This document shows positions 37,479 to 47,909 of a stretch of DNA of 64,000 nt, one piece after another; position 1 is the stretch's first letter, and each line of letters opens with the position of its first letter. Position numbers and translations under genes: made by a program. The stretch is from Squalus acanthias (Eukaryota), in NCBI GenBank assembly GCA_030390025.1, contig CM059432.1, forward strand, positions 1,674,001-1,738,000, in the 5' to 3' direction. Under the pieces are notes generated by a model that worked only from the letters and a program-made list of their open reading frames with translations, had not been told where the DNA came from and ran no database searches.

Positions 37479-39355
37479 ATGGAGAGGGTGAGAGAACGCG
37501 CTCATCGCTTCACCGAGCGGGCCTTGGATGCTCTGGTTGACGCAGTGGAGCGCAGACGATGCATGCTGTTCCCGGAGAGTGGCAGGAGGCCTTTGCCACG
37601 CGAGTTCAGAAGAGTGTGGAGGGAGGTGGCTCAGAGCGTCTCCTCCAGGAGCATGGTGCCCAGGACCCATGTTCAATGCCGCAAAAAGTTCAACGACCTC
37701 ACTCGGGTCGTCAGGGTGAGTGGCTTTTTCTCAATACCTCTCCATCCCTCCATCTCAACCTCACTCTATGGCCAGAGGGTCTTAAAACCCCAATGCACAA
37801 CACTCATCCAACACCTATGGCCCTTTCATCAAACACACACACACATTCTACACTTTGCATACAGTAAGGGCTATTCACCTATGGGAGGCACATCAGGCAA
37901 GACCATGGCTGTATATTGTAAGGGCTATTCACCTATGGGAGGCACATCAGACAAGACCATGGCTGTATATTGTAAGGGCTATTCACCTATGGGAGGCACA
38001 TCAGGCAAGACCATGGCTGTATATTTACTCAGATGCTGTCCTTTTTCTTGCAGGCTAAGCTGGCTCATAATCGGAGACAGCAGCAACGGACGGGTGGAGG
38101 GCGGCTTCAGCTGCAACCCCTCAGCGATCTGGAGGAGCGCGTCCACAGGATTGTGGCAAGCCGGGTGATCGGTCCCGTCGCCACTGGAGACGCCGACCCC
38201 GTTGTGGACAGCAATGGTAAGGTCATCACCTTTTTGTCCTCTGTCCTTCCACTTGTCCCTCACAATACCAGCCTTTGACACTTTCAATCCAACTTGCTAA
38301 CTCGCTGCACTTATTCTTCCCTTACTGCCACCCTGTCCTCACGCTAAAGCCACTCTTGTACCTCCCTGCTTTCAGATGGTGATTCACCAGCTGAGGAGAC
38401 GGGCCCTGAAGCTGCCACTGGGAGTGATGCTGCAGCCGAGGAGGAAGAGGAAGCCGGAGCATCAGTGCCACCCTCTCCCGAGGAAGCCCATGCCCACACT
38501 GGGAACACGCCTTCCCCGGAGGGGAGCAGGGGGGAAGGGGCTGATGATGGTGAAGCTCCAGGACCCAGCGGGCTGCAGCAACGCCATGGGGGGGGTAGGG
38601 AAGAACGGGGGCCTTCTCCCCAGAGGGAGAGTATGCCAGACACTCCTACTGCAATGGACGCAGAGGAGGAGCGGCTGATTGCAGAAATGAACAGCCAGGC
38701 GGTGGGCATGCACACTGAGCTCATGGGTGCAGTGGGAAGGGTGCCCGAATGCATTGAGTCACTGGCAAGGAGTGTGGAGCACTTCGCTGTAGCACAGGCG
38801 GATGCCACACTAACGCTTAGTGCTGCAATTCAGTCACTGGCTGCCGTGATCCCACCTCTGACTGCTCTCATACAGACTCAGATGGAGGCCACGCGAGCAC
38901 AGACTGCTGCCAACCTCGATGGTTCGTGCACATGTCCCCGGGGCTGTCACCGCGCCGCAGCAGGCCAGCAATCTGTTCTCCGGCAGATTGCTCCGGATGC
39001 TGAAGTGCTGCCCCGTGGGAGTGCCAGTGTGTCGGGCGAGCAGGGAGTTGCTGTCCTCTCTCACGATGACAGCATTCCTGCTGCCAACACTGTCACTTCT
39101 CCACTGCACTTGCCACCGCCTGTAGGACAGACTGCTGCCGCCCATGCAGAGTTGGTGCAGTCTGCAGCCGGGCCCTCCAGGCCCAGAAGTGGTCGAGGCC
39201 GTCCTTCAGGGGCATCTGCAGTGTCAGGGTCTGACGAGCAGCAGCCTTCCACCAGCCTTGCTGCAGCCACTGAGGTCCCATTACGGAGGAGCAGTAGGGT
39301 TGGAAGGGGGGAAGTGCGCAAGGGAAGGAGATCACCCTCGAAGGGCAAAAAGTAG
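37479..39355 (+). CDS. Harbinger Myb/SANT-like DNA-binding protein; predicted exons 37479-37715, 38054-38216, 38376-39355 (~459 aa)
   Basis: RAHRFTERALDALVDAV...WREVAQSVSS...RTHVQCRKKFNDL; canonical GTGAGT / TTGCAG and GTAAGG / TTTCAG splice sites with matching phases (0, 1); basic NLS-like C-terminus RKGRRSPSKGKK. Confidence 0.85.
37864..38025. repeat. 54-bp tandem repeat x3 in intron 1 of the Myb-like gene
   Basis: GTAAGGGCTATTCACCTATGGGAGGCACATCAGGCAAGACCATGGCTGTATATT at 37864, 37918, 37972. Confidence 0.97.
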
Positions 39356-39648
39356 GAGGTGTGCCAAAATGCTGGTCATTTTTTATTAAAGGCCGAGGGT
39401 CGTGGTCCAACTTTTGTTTAGTGTTTTGGACATTATCTCCAGGTTGTGAGAACCAGTTATGTTATTGACTGTTTTTTTGTGTTTATTTCTATGAGTTTGT
39501 CATGAGGAATTGACACACACAGAGTTTGTAAAATAAATAAGTTTCTGTTTTCAAAATATACATGGCTGGTGCTTGGAATTATTGGTGCCTTGGCCGGCTT
39601 AGGGGTTGCGTGCTGGGTTGATTAGTGTTTGTAGCAATGGCAGGGGCC

Positions 39649-40809
39649 CTAGAAGCGGCTTGCTATTAGTCGTTGACGGACGGCCCTTGCAGTTTGACCA
39701 TTGTGGGCCGCCCTCCCGCCTTGGTGCTGCTGATGATCATCGTCCTCGTCCTCTTCCTCCTCTTCCTCCTCCTCCTCTGGTGGTGCTACAAGGCCTGGTG
39801 GCATTGGCTGGGTCCTGAGGATTGCCATGTTGTGCAACATGCAGCACACGACTACGAAGTTCGAAACTTGCTCAGGCGAGTACTGCAGGGCTCCTCCGGA
39901 ATGGTCCAGACAGCGGAACCGTTGTTTCAGCACGCCGATTGTGCGCTCAATAATGTTCCTGGTTGCTTGATGGCTTTCATTGTACCGCAGCTCAGCAGGG
40001 GTGTTTGGCGTACGGAGCGGTGTCATCAGCCAGGTGCTCAATGCGTACCCCTTGTCCCCCAGAAGCCAACCAACTGGCTGATGCGGTGCCTCGAAAACTT
40101 CTGCCACAGTAGTCTGGCGCAGGATGAAAGCATCGTGGCAGCTGCCCGGATAGTGGGCATTGACAGCGAGAATCACCTGTCTGTGGTCACAGACCAACTG
40201 CACATTCAAGGAATGGAACCCCTTCCTGTCCCTGAATTCCTCTGCATTCTCTCGCGGAGCACGCAAAGCCACATGCGTGCAGTCAATGGCGCCCTGCACC
40301 ATGGGGAAGCCCGCTACCCTCGCAAAGCCCAGAGCACGGTCACGCTGCTTGTCTGGGGTCATAGGGAAAGAGATGAAGTCTCGTCTCCTTCTGAAGAGGG
40401 CATTGGTGACCTGACGGATGCAGCGATGCACCGCAAACTGGGAGATATTGGCGAGGTCCCCAGCAGCAGCTTGGAATGAGCCAGTGGCGTAGAAGTTCAA
40501 AGCCACTGTGACCTTCACTGCCACCGACAGAGACGTCCTGGACCTCAGCTGAGGCTGCAGATCTGGCTGCAGCAGGTGGCAGAGCTCAGTGACCACCTCC
40601 TTGCTGAATTGCAGCCTCCGCAAACACAGCTCCTCGGACATATGGATGTAGGAGAGCTGTTCACGATATACCCTGGGAGGGTAAGCTCTCCTGTACATGC
40701 GCCTGATGGCCCTCCTCCGTCTGGCCATCATTGCCACTCTCTGTCTGCGTCTCTGTATCCTCCGATTCAGCTGGAGCAGGACGACGCCCCCAATCATTGC
40801 AGCCCCCAT
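39649..40809 (-). CDS. Harbinger (HARBI1-like) DDE transposase, ~386 aa from the MGAA start
   Basis: ALNFYATGSFQ HTH region, GAIDCTH, KGFHSLNVQLVCD, PGSCHDAFIL, LLGDKGY, RNIIERTIGVLKQRFRCL, CCMLHN; uninterrupted ORF. Confidence 0.95.
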   Translation of the reverse strand: MGAAMIGGVVLLQLNRRIQRRRQRVAMMARRRRAIRRMYRRAYPPRVYREQLSYIHMSEELCLRRLQFSKEVVTELCHLLQPDLQPQLRSRTSLSVAVKVTVALNFYATGSFQAAAGDLANISQFAVHRCIRQVTNALFRRRRDFISFPMTPDKQRDRALGFARVAGFPMVQGAIDCTHVALRAPRENAEEFRDRKGFHSLNVQLVCDHRQVILAVNAHYPGSCHDAFILRQTTVAEVFEAPHQPVGWLLGDKGYALSTWLMTPLRTPNTPAELRYNESHQATRNIIERTIGVLKQRFRCLDHSGGALQYSPEQVSNFVVVCCMLHNMAILRTQPMPPGLVAPPEEEEEEEEEDEDDDHQQHQGGRAAHNGQTARAVRQRLIASRF

Positions 40810-41320
40810 ATTCTCTTTGCCAGAAAAGTAATGAGGTACAGCAACTAAAGTAGCAACAAAGTTAGGATGAATAGGCAAAACTACCTCACAAAGCGTTGAG
40901 TCAATGTAGAAGTCTCTCTCGCTCTCTCCCCGAATCTCTCTCTCTCTCTCAGAACGAGTGGTGCATAAATGTCGACCACAGAAAAAGACAGGAAGAGGCC
41001 CCCTTTAAATAGCGCCCCCCCCAGCCCCACACCGATTGATAACGTTCCAGTCTTCCGGTCGTTGGAAGCGCCAGGCGGTAAGGCAGGGGGCGCCACTCAA
41101 TTTCCGCTACGGGGCGCCCCAAGGGCGTTGCACCATGGAATGACGTCACAATCTGCGCGCGCAGGTGGTCGCAGCGGTAAGTTTTAGCGCCGCCGCACAA
41201 TCTCAAGTTAAGTTCTCGAGCGGCGCAAACATCGCTGCGCCCGGGCGTTAGCGGCTTAACGCCCCATTAGCGCCCTCTTAAGGCGCTAACGGGAGGCGCA
41301 ACCAAGTGAATTTTTACCCC

Positions 41321-42466
41321 ATGATCTCTAATAGGCCCTACCCTCTCTTTAGTTATCCTCTTACTCTTAATATATTTATAAAACATCTTTGGGTTTTCCC
41401 TGATTTTACTTGCCAAGAATTTTTCATGCTCTCTCTTTGCTTTCCTAATATCTTTTTTAATTGCATTCCTGCACTTTCTGTACTCCTCTAAAGATTCTGG
41501 AATATTTAGCCCTCGGTATCTGTCATACGCTTCCCTTTTTTTCTTTATCCTACCCTGTATGTCCCTAGACATCCAGGGGGCTCTAGATTTGTTAGTCCCA
41601 CCTTTTTTCTTTAAGGGCACATATTTGGTCTGAACCCTCCGGATCTCCTCCTTGACTGCCTCCCACTGCTCTGACACTGATTTACCTTCAAGTAGCTGTT
41701 TCCAATCCACTATCGCTAAATCCCCTCTGAGCTTAGCAAAATTTGCTTTTCCCCAATTTAGAATTTTTATTCCTGGTCTATCCTTGTCCTTTTCCATAAC
41801 TACCTTAAATCTAACTGAATTATGGTCACTAGCACCAAAATGCTCCCCCACTGATACGCCTTCTACCTGCCCAGCTTCATTCCCTAAAACTAAGTCCAGA
41901 ACCGCCCCCTCCCTTGTTGGGCTTGCTACATACTGGCTAAAAAAGTTCTCCTGGATGCATTTTAGGAATTCCTCACCCTCTATACCCTTCACACTAATTT
42001 TATCCCAGTTAATATTGGGGTAGTTGAAATCCCCTACTATTACTGCCCGATAGTTTTTGCACTTCTCAGAAATTTGTCGACATATTTGTTCTTCTATCTC
42101 CCTCTCACTGTTTGGGGGTCTGTAGTACACTCCCAGCAGTGTGATCGCCCCTTTTTTGTATTTTAATTCAACCCATATGGCCTCGTTTGATGATCCCTTC
42201 AACATATCATCCCTCCTCACAGCTGTAATAGTTTTTTTAATCAATGCCGCGAACCCCCCCCCCCTGGCTCCCTTTTTACCTCCCTCTCTATCCCGTCTGA
42301 AAATCCTGTAACCAGGAATGTTGAGCTGCCATACCTGCCCCTCTTTCAGCCATGTCTCTGTAATAGCTATAATATCATAGTCCCAAGTATCTACCTGTGC
42401 CCTCAGCTCATCTGCCTTGTTTGCTATACTCCTTGCATTGAAGTATATACCATTTAGTACAGGCAA
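41321..42466 (-). pseudogene. CR1 ORF2 N-terminus (APE endonuclease), disrupted by the Harbinger insertion
   Basis: YFNARSI, IAITETWL, YYRPPN, IVGDFNYP, LDLVLGN, SDHN. Confidence 0.93.
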
Positions 42467-42486
42467 ACCTCCTTGTTGACTACTAG

Positions 42487-43419
42487 TTAGTTTAAACCCT
42501 CCCCAACAGCACTAGCAAACCCTCCCGCGAGGATATTGGTCCCGTTCCCGTTGAGGTGCAACCCGTCTGGCTTGTAGAGGTCCCACCTCCCCCAGAAACG
42601 GTTCCAATTCCTCAGGAATCTAAAGCCCTCCCTCCCACACCATCTCTCCAGCCACGCATTCATCTGCTCTGTCCTCCTATTTCTGTACTCACTAGCACGT
42701 GGCACTGGTAGTAATCCGGAGATTACTACCTTTGAGGTCCTGCTTTTTAACCACTTTCCTAGCTCCCTAAACTCTGCCTGCAGGACCTCATCCCTCTTCC
42801 TACCTATGTCGTTGGTACCGATATGGACCACGACCTCTGGCTGTTCACCCTCCCCCCTCAGAATGCCCTGCAGCTGTTCAGTGACATCCTTGACCCTGGA
42901 ACCAGGAAGGCAACATATCATCCTGGAGCCATGTCTGCGGCCGCAGAAACGCCTGTCTGCTCCACTAACTATTGAATCCCCTATCACTATTGCTCTCCCT
43001 CTCCTCTCCCCCCCCCCCCCCGCCTGTGCAGCTGAGCCTTCCATGGTGCTGTGGACTTGGCTCTGGCTGCACTCCCCAGAGTGCACCGAATACTGGTTGG
43101 AGAGCGAGATGCACTCGGGGGACTCCTGCACTACCTGCCTGGTCCTCCTCTTCTGTCTGGCGGTCACCCATTCCCTCTCTGCCTGCACACTCTTAAGCTG
43201 CGGGGTGACCACCTCCCGAAACGTGCTATCCACGTAGCTCTCAGCCTCGCGGATGCACAGCAGTGACTGCAGCCGCCGCTCAAGCTCCGTAACCCGGTGC
43301 TCGAGCTGCTGTAGCTGGCGACACTTCCCGCACATGTGGTCGTCCAGACCACGGGAGGTGTCCAGGACTTCCCACATGGCACAGGATGTGCATTCCACGG
43401 GTGTGAGCTGCCCTGCCAT
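42487..43419 (-). CDS. CR1 ORF1 protein (zinc finger / coiled coil + SGNH esterase)
   Basis: CTSCAMW...CGKC zinc-finger-like; GDSIV, CLPG, HIGTND, DGLHLN SGNH blocks; ORF open. Confidence 0.9.
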   Translation of the reverse strand: MAGQLTPVECTSCAMWEVLDTSRGLDDHMCGKCRQLQQLEHRVTELERRLQSLLCIREAESYVDSTFREVVTPQLKSVQAEREWVTARQKRRTRQVVQESPECISLSNQYSVHSGECSQSQVHSTMEGSAAQAGGGGERRGRAIVIGDSIVSGADRRFCGRRHGSRMICCLPGSRVKDVTEQLQGILRGEGEQPEVVVHIGTNDIGRKRDEVLQAEFRELGKWLKSRTSKVVISGLLPVPRASEYRNRRTEQMNAWLERWCGREGFRFLRNWNRFWGRWDLYKPDGLHLNGNGTNILAGGFASAVGEGLN

Positions 43420-43681
43420 GCCTCTAATTAACAGTCTATTTACTAACCTAGCTGGAATAAACTTAAAAAACTTTAAGAAAGCCAAGTAAAAACACTTACC
43501 AGATACTCACCAATCAGCTCCCTCTTTTTGAACGCTACCCACTGAGCCACGGCTGACATATTAAGGGGCTTACAGAACCAAGGCGGGTAGTTGGAGTTAA
43601 GATACAGATCAGCTGTGATCTAATTGAATGGCAGAACAGGCTCGTGGGGCCGAATGGCCTCCTCCTGTTTCTATGCACCTA

Positions 43682-44807
43682 ACGTTTAACGTCTCATCCG
43701 AAAGACGACACCTCAGACAGTGCGGCACTCCCTCAGTACTGCCCCTCCGACAGTGCGGCGCTCCCTCAGTACTGCCCCTCCGACAGTGCAGCGCTCCCTC
43801 AGTACTGCCCCTCTGACAGTGCGGCACTCCCTCAGTACTGCCCCTCCGACAGTGCAGCGCTCCCTCAGTACTGCCCCTCCGACAGTGCGGCGCTCCCTCA
43901 GTACAGCCCCTCCGACAGTGCGGCGCTCCCTCAGTACTGCCCCTCCGACAGTGCGGCACTCCCTCAGTACTGCCCCTCCGACAGTGCGGCGCTCCCTCAG
44001 TACTGCCCCACCGACAGTGCGGCGCTCCCTCAGTACTGCCCCACCGACAGTGCGGCGCTCCCTCAGCACTGCCCCACCGACAGTGCGGCGCTCCCTCAGT
44101 ACTGCCCCACCGACAGTGCGGCGCTCCCTCAGTACTGCCCCTCTGACAGTGCGGCGCTCCCTCAGTACTGACCCTCCGACAGTGCAGCGCTCCCTCAGTA
44201 CTGACCCGCCGACAGTGCGGCGCTCCCTCAGTACTGACCCTCCGACAGTGCAGCGCTCCCTCAGTACTGCCCCACCGACAGTGCGGCGCTCCCTCAGTAC
44301 TGACCCTCTGACAGTGCAGCGCTCCCTCAGTACTGCCCCTCTGACAGTGCGGCGCTCCCTCAGTACTGACCCTCCGACAGTGCAGCGCTCCCTCAGTACT
44401 GCCCCACCGACAGTGCGGCGCTCCCTCAGTACTGCCCCACCGACAGTGCGGCGCTCCCTCAGTACTGCCCCTCCGACAGTGTGGCGCTCCCTCAGTACTG
44501 TCCCTCCGACAGTGCGGCGCACCCTCAGTACCGCCCCTCCGACAGTGCGGCACTCCCTCAGCACTGCCCCTCCGACAGTGCAGCGCTCCCTCAGTACTGT
44601 CCCTCCGACAGTGCGGCGCTCCCTCAGTACTGCCCCTCCGACAGTGCGGAGCTCCCTCAGTTCTGCCCATCTGACAGTACAGCGCTCCCTCAGTACTGCA
44701 CTGGAGTGTCAGCCTATATTTTTGTGCTCTCGTCTCTGGAGTGGGATTTGAACCCACAACCTTCTGACTCAGAGGCGAGGATGTTACCCACTGAGCCACG
44801 GCTGACA
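43682..44807 (-). mobile_element. 3'-truncated DeuSINE with ~30 units of the 33-bp repeat (43711-44698)
   Basis: Head at 44807, array, central domain start. Confidence 0.92.
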
Positions 44808-45029
44808 GTTACCTCTGCTGCTGAGGATCCAACAGAAATGTATTCAGCTATCCTGTCAATCCTTTTCGTCTATTGGGAAAGAAATTAGACTGTTAGCAGA
44901 GCTGAATAAGGCACCTGTCACCCATATAATGGATCCGTGTAGACCAAACTGGCTGACAGTATATCACTGATACCTGAAATTCAGGCACAGAAATTCTAGC
45001 TAGTAGAAATGCCATACTTTTACAAAAAA

Positions 45030-45590
45030 ATTTATTCATTCACGGGATGTGGGCGTTGCTGGCAAGGCCAGCATTTATTGCCCATTCCTAATTGCCCTTG
45101 AGAAGGTGGTGGTGAGCCGCCTTCTTGAACCGCTCCAGTCCGTGTGGTGAAGGTGCTCCCACAGTGCTGTTGGGGAGCGAGTTCCAGGATTTTGACCCAG
45201 CGACGATGAAGGAACGGCCGATATATTTCCAAGTCAGACTTGGAAGGGAACTTGGAGGTGGTGGTGTTCCCATGTGCCTGCTGTCCTTGTCCTTCTCGGT
45301 GGAAGAGGTCGCGGGTTTGGGAGGTGCTGCTGAAGAAGCCTTGGCGAGTTGCTGCAGTGCATCTTGTAGATGGTACACACTGCAGCCATGGTGCGCCGGT
45401 GGTGGAGGGAGTGAATGTTTAAGGTGGTGGATGGGCTGCCAATCAAGCGGGCTGCTTTGTCCTGGATGATGTCGAGCTTCTTGAGTGTTGTTGGAGAGTT
45501 GCACTCATCCAGACGAATATTCGACCACACTCTTGACTTGTGCCTGTTAGCCAGTGGAGAGGCTTTGGGGTGTCAGGAGGTGAGTGACTT
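45030..45590 (-). mobile_element. LINE family A 3' fragment
   Basis: TTLKKLDIIQDKAARLIG...; tail. Confidence 0.88.
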
Positions 45591-46129
45591 GCATAAATAC
45601 TGATATCAGGTTGTGTCTAACAGATCTCCATTCAGCAGATCTGGCTCACTCAGTTTACCTTTAACCACCTGCAACACAGCCATTCAGTCCTCCCGGGTGG
45701 TTATACCTGGGTTGGCACACCTGGTGCATTGGGTATCAGCAGGACCTTGACCCTTTGGCTTCTGTGCCATCTTATCTCCTGGCCAAAGCTTAAGGTCGCC
45801 ACGCCAATCCTCCAGGAATGCTGACCATGAAACTACCGGATTGTCGTAAAAACCCATCTGGTTCACTGATGTCCTTTTGGGAAGGAAATCCGTCGCCCTT
45901 GCCCGGTCTGGCCGATATTTGACTCTAGACCCACAGCCACCTGGTTGACTCTTAACTGCCCTCCTGAAATGGCCCAGCGAGACACTCAGTTGTACCAAAC
46001 CGCGACAAAGAACAGCGGTTCAAGAAGTCAGCTCACCACCACCTTCTCAAGGGCAATTAGGGATGGGCAACGATCGGTTGGGATGGTTGGAGGTGGGAAA
46101 TCTCCAAGAACACGTCCAGCCTTGCGTAG

Positions 46130-47410
46130 ACTAGGCTTATACTCCCTTGAGTATCGAAGATTAAGGGGTGATCTAATTGAGGTGTTTAAGATGATTAAAG
46201 AAGTTGATAGGGTCGATAGAGAGAAACTATTTCCTCTGGTGGGGGGAGTCCGGAACAAGGGGGCAGAACCTTGAAATTAGAGCCAGGCTATTCAGGGGTG
46301 ATGACAGGAAGCACTTCTTCACACAAAGGGGTGTGGAAATCTGGAACTCTCTCCCCCCAAAAAGCTGTCGAGGCTAGGGGTCAATTCAAAACTTCAAAAC
46401 GGGAATCGATGGATTTTTGTTCGGCAAGGGGTATTAAAAGAAAAGTCTTGCATTTCTATAGTGCCTTTCACCACCACCGGACATCCCAAAACACTTTACA
46501 GCCAATTAAGTACTTTTTTTGAAGTGTAGTCACTGTTGTAATGTAGGAAATGCGGCAGCCAATTTGCACACAGCAAGCTCTCACAAACAGCAATGTGATA
46601 ATGATCAGATCATCTGTTTTAGTGATGTTGGTTGAGGGATAAATATTGGCCCAGGACACCGGGGAGATCTCCAATGTTGTTCTTCGAAATAGTGCCATGG
46701 GATCTTTAACGTCCACCTGAAAGGGCAGATGGGGCCTCGGTTTAACGTCTCATCCGAAAGACGGCACCTCCAACAGTGCAGCACTCCCTCAGTACTGCCC
46801 CTCCGACAGTGCAGCACTCCCTCAGTACTGCCCCTCCGACAGTGCAGCGCTCCCTCAGTACTGCCCCTCCGACAGTGCAGCTCTCCCTCAGTACAGCACT
46901 CCCTCAGTACTGACCCTCCAACAGTGCGGCGCTCCCTCAGTACTGCCCCTCCGACAGTGCAGCGCTCCCTCAGTACTGCCCCTCCGACAGTGCGGCGCTC
47001 CCTTAGTACTGCCCCTCCGACAGTGCAGCACTCCCTCAGTACTGCCCCTCCGACAGTGCGGCGCTCCCTCAGTACTGCCCCTCCGACAGTGCAGCGCTCC
47101 CTCAGTACTGCCCCTCCGACAGTGCGGCGCTCCCTCAGTACTGCCCCTCCGACAGTGCAGCGCTCCCTCAGTACTGCACTGGGAGTGTCAGCCTAGATTT
47201 TTGTGCTCGGGTCTCTGGAGCGGGACTTGAACCCACAACCTTCTGACCCCAGAGGTGGGAGTGCTACCCACTGAGCCACGGCTGACATATTAAGGGGCTT
47301 ACAGAACCAAGGCGGGTAGTTGGAGTTAAGATGCAGAACAGCCCTGATCTAATTGAATGGCGGAACAGGCTCGAGGGGCCGAATGGCCTCCTCCTTTTCC
47401 TATGCTCCTA
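46130..47410 (+). mobile_element. CR1 3' fragment split by DeuSINE 46438-47287 (-)
   Basis: TATTAA duplicated at 46432-46437 and 47288-47293; the SINE carries ~12 units of the 33-bp repeat (46768-47177). Confidence 0.85.
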
Positions 47411-47909
47411 CCGGTTGACCGCTGTAGCTAACGTCTACTTCTCAACCAACTTGCAATCTGAGGGGCCGAATGGGTGCAAATCGCACAGGCACACGTTGTC
47501 AGAGGAGTTGCTCACTTGCCTTGTTGATTAGCTGCGTGTTAAAATAAGCAGTCTGCCGCCTCCTGTTTCGCTGGCGGTTATAAATCAGCGTACTTAACAC
47601 ACCACATGTGTGAAGTTAGAGCATCACAAAATGGTGCGAGCTGGATTTAAATAGCAATTACACTGGCATTAACAAGCTGAAGGGTGCTACAAAACAGATT
47701 CTGCAGTAAAATGCTGACCAGCCCCTTCTTACAAAACTACTTCTGCAACATGCAATATAACCAGGTAAAATACAGGCCGTACAGAACTCATGGAATCATT
47801 CAACCACAACCCAAAGCTGCAGCTATTACTAGCAATGGAAACTTAACTGTAAGAAGTTAAACTCTTGCTATTTGAGGACCTTTATTGCTATAATACCATT
47901 TAATTTTTC

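Larger units (their letters stand above)
37122..41320. mobile_element. PIF/Harbinger DNA transposon, apparently autonomous (4199 bp)
   Basis: TIR GGGGTARAAATT at both ends; ATG TSD (37119-37121, 41321-41323); transposase and Myb/SANT genes convergent. Confidence 0.96.
34765..43530 (-). mobile_element. Full-length CR1 LINE interrupted by the Harbinger (37122-41320) and a CR1 fragment (36333-36952)
   Basis: ORF1 then ORF2 (APE, RT) and (ATTCTATG)n tail; ORF2 rejoins across the insertions as GPIRDH|ECNLCVEAG and EDVLRG|LAALKVDKSPG; distal ORF2 has stops and frameshifts. Confidence 0.93.

Noticed and set aside
39649..40878. Host HARBI1 gene
   Set aside because: Flanked by TIRs and a TSD, paired with a Myb-like gene and inserted in a CR1; it is a transposon copy, so no gene symbol was assigned. 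The ORF-track start at 40878 is non-ATG and probably intronic.
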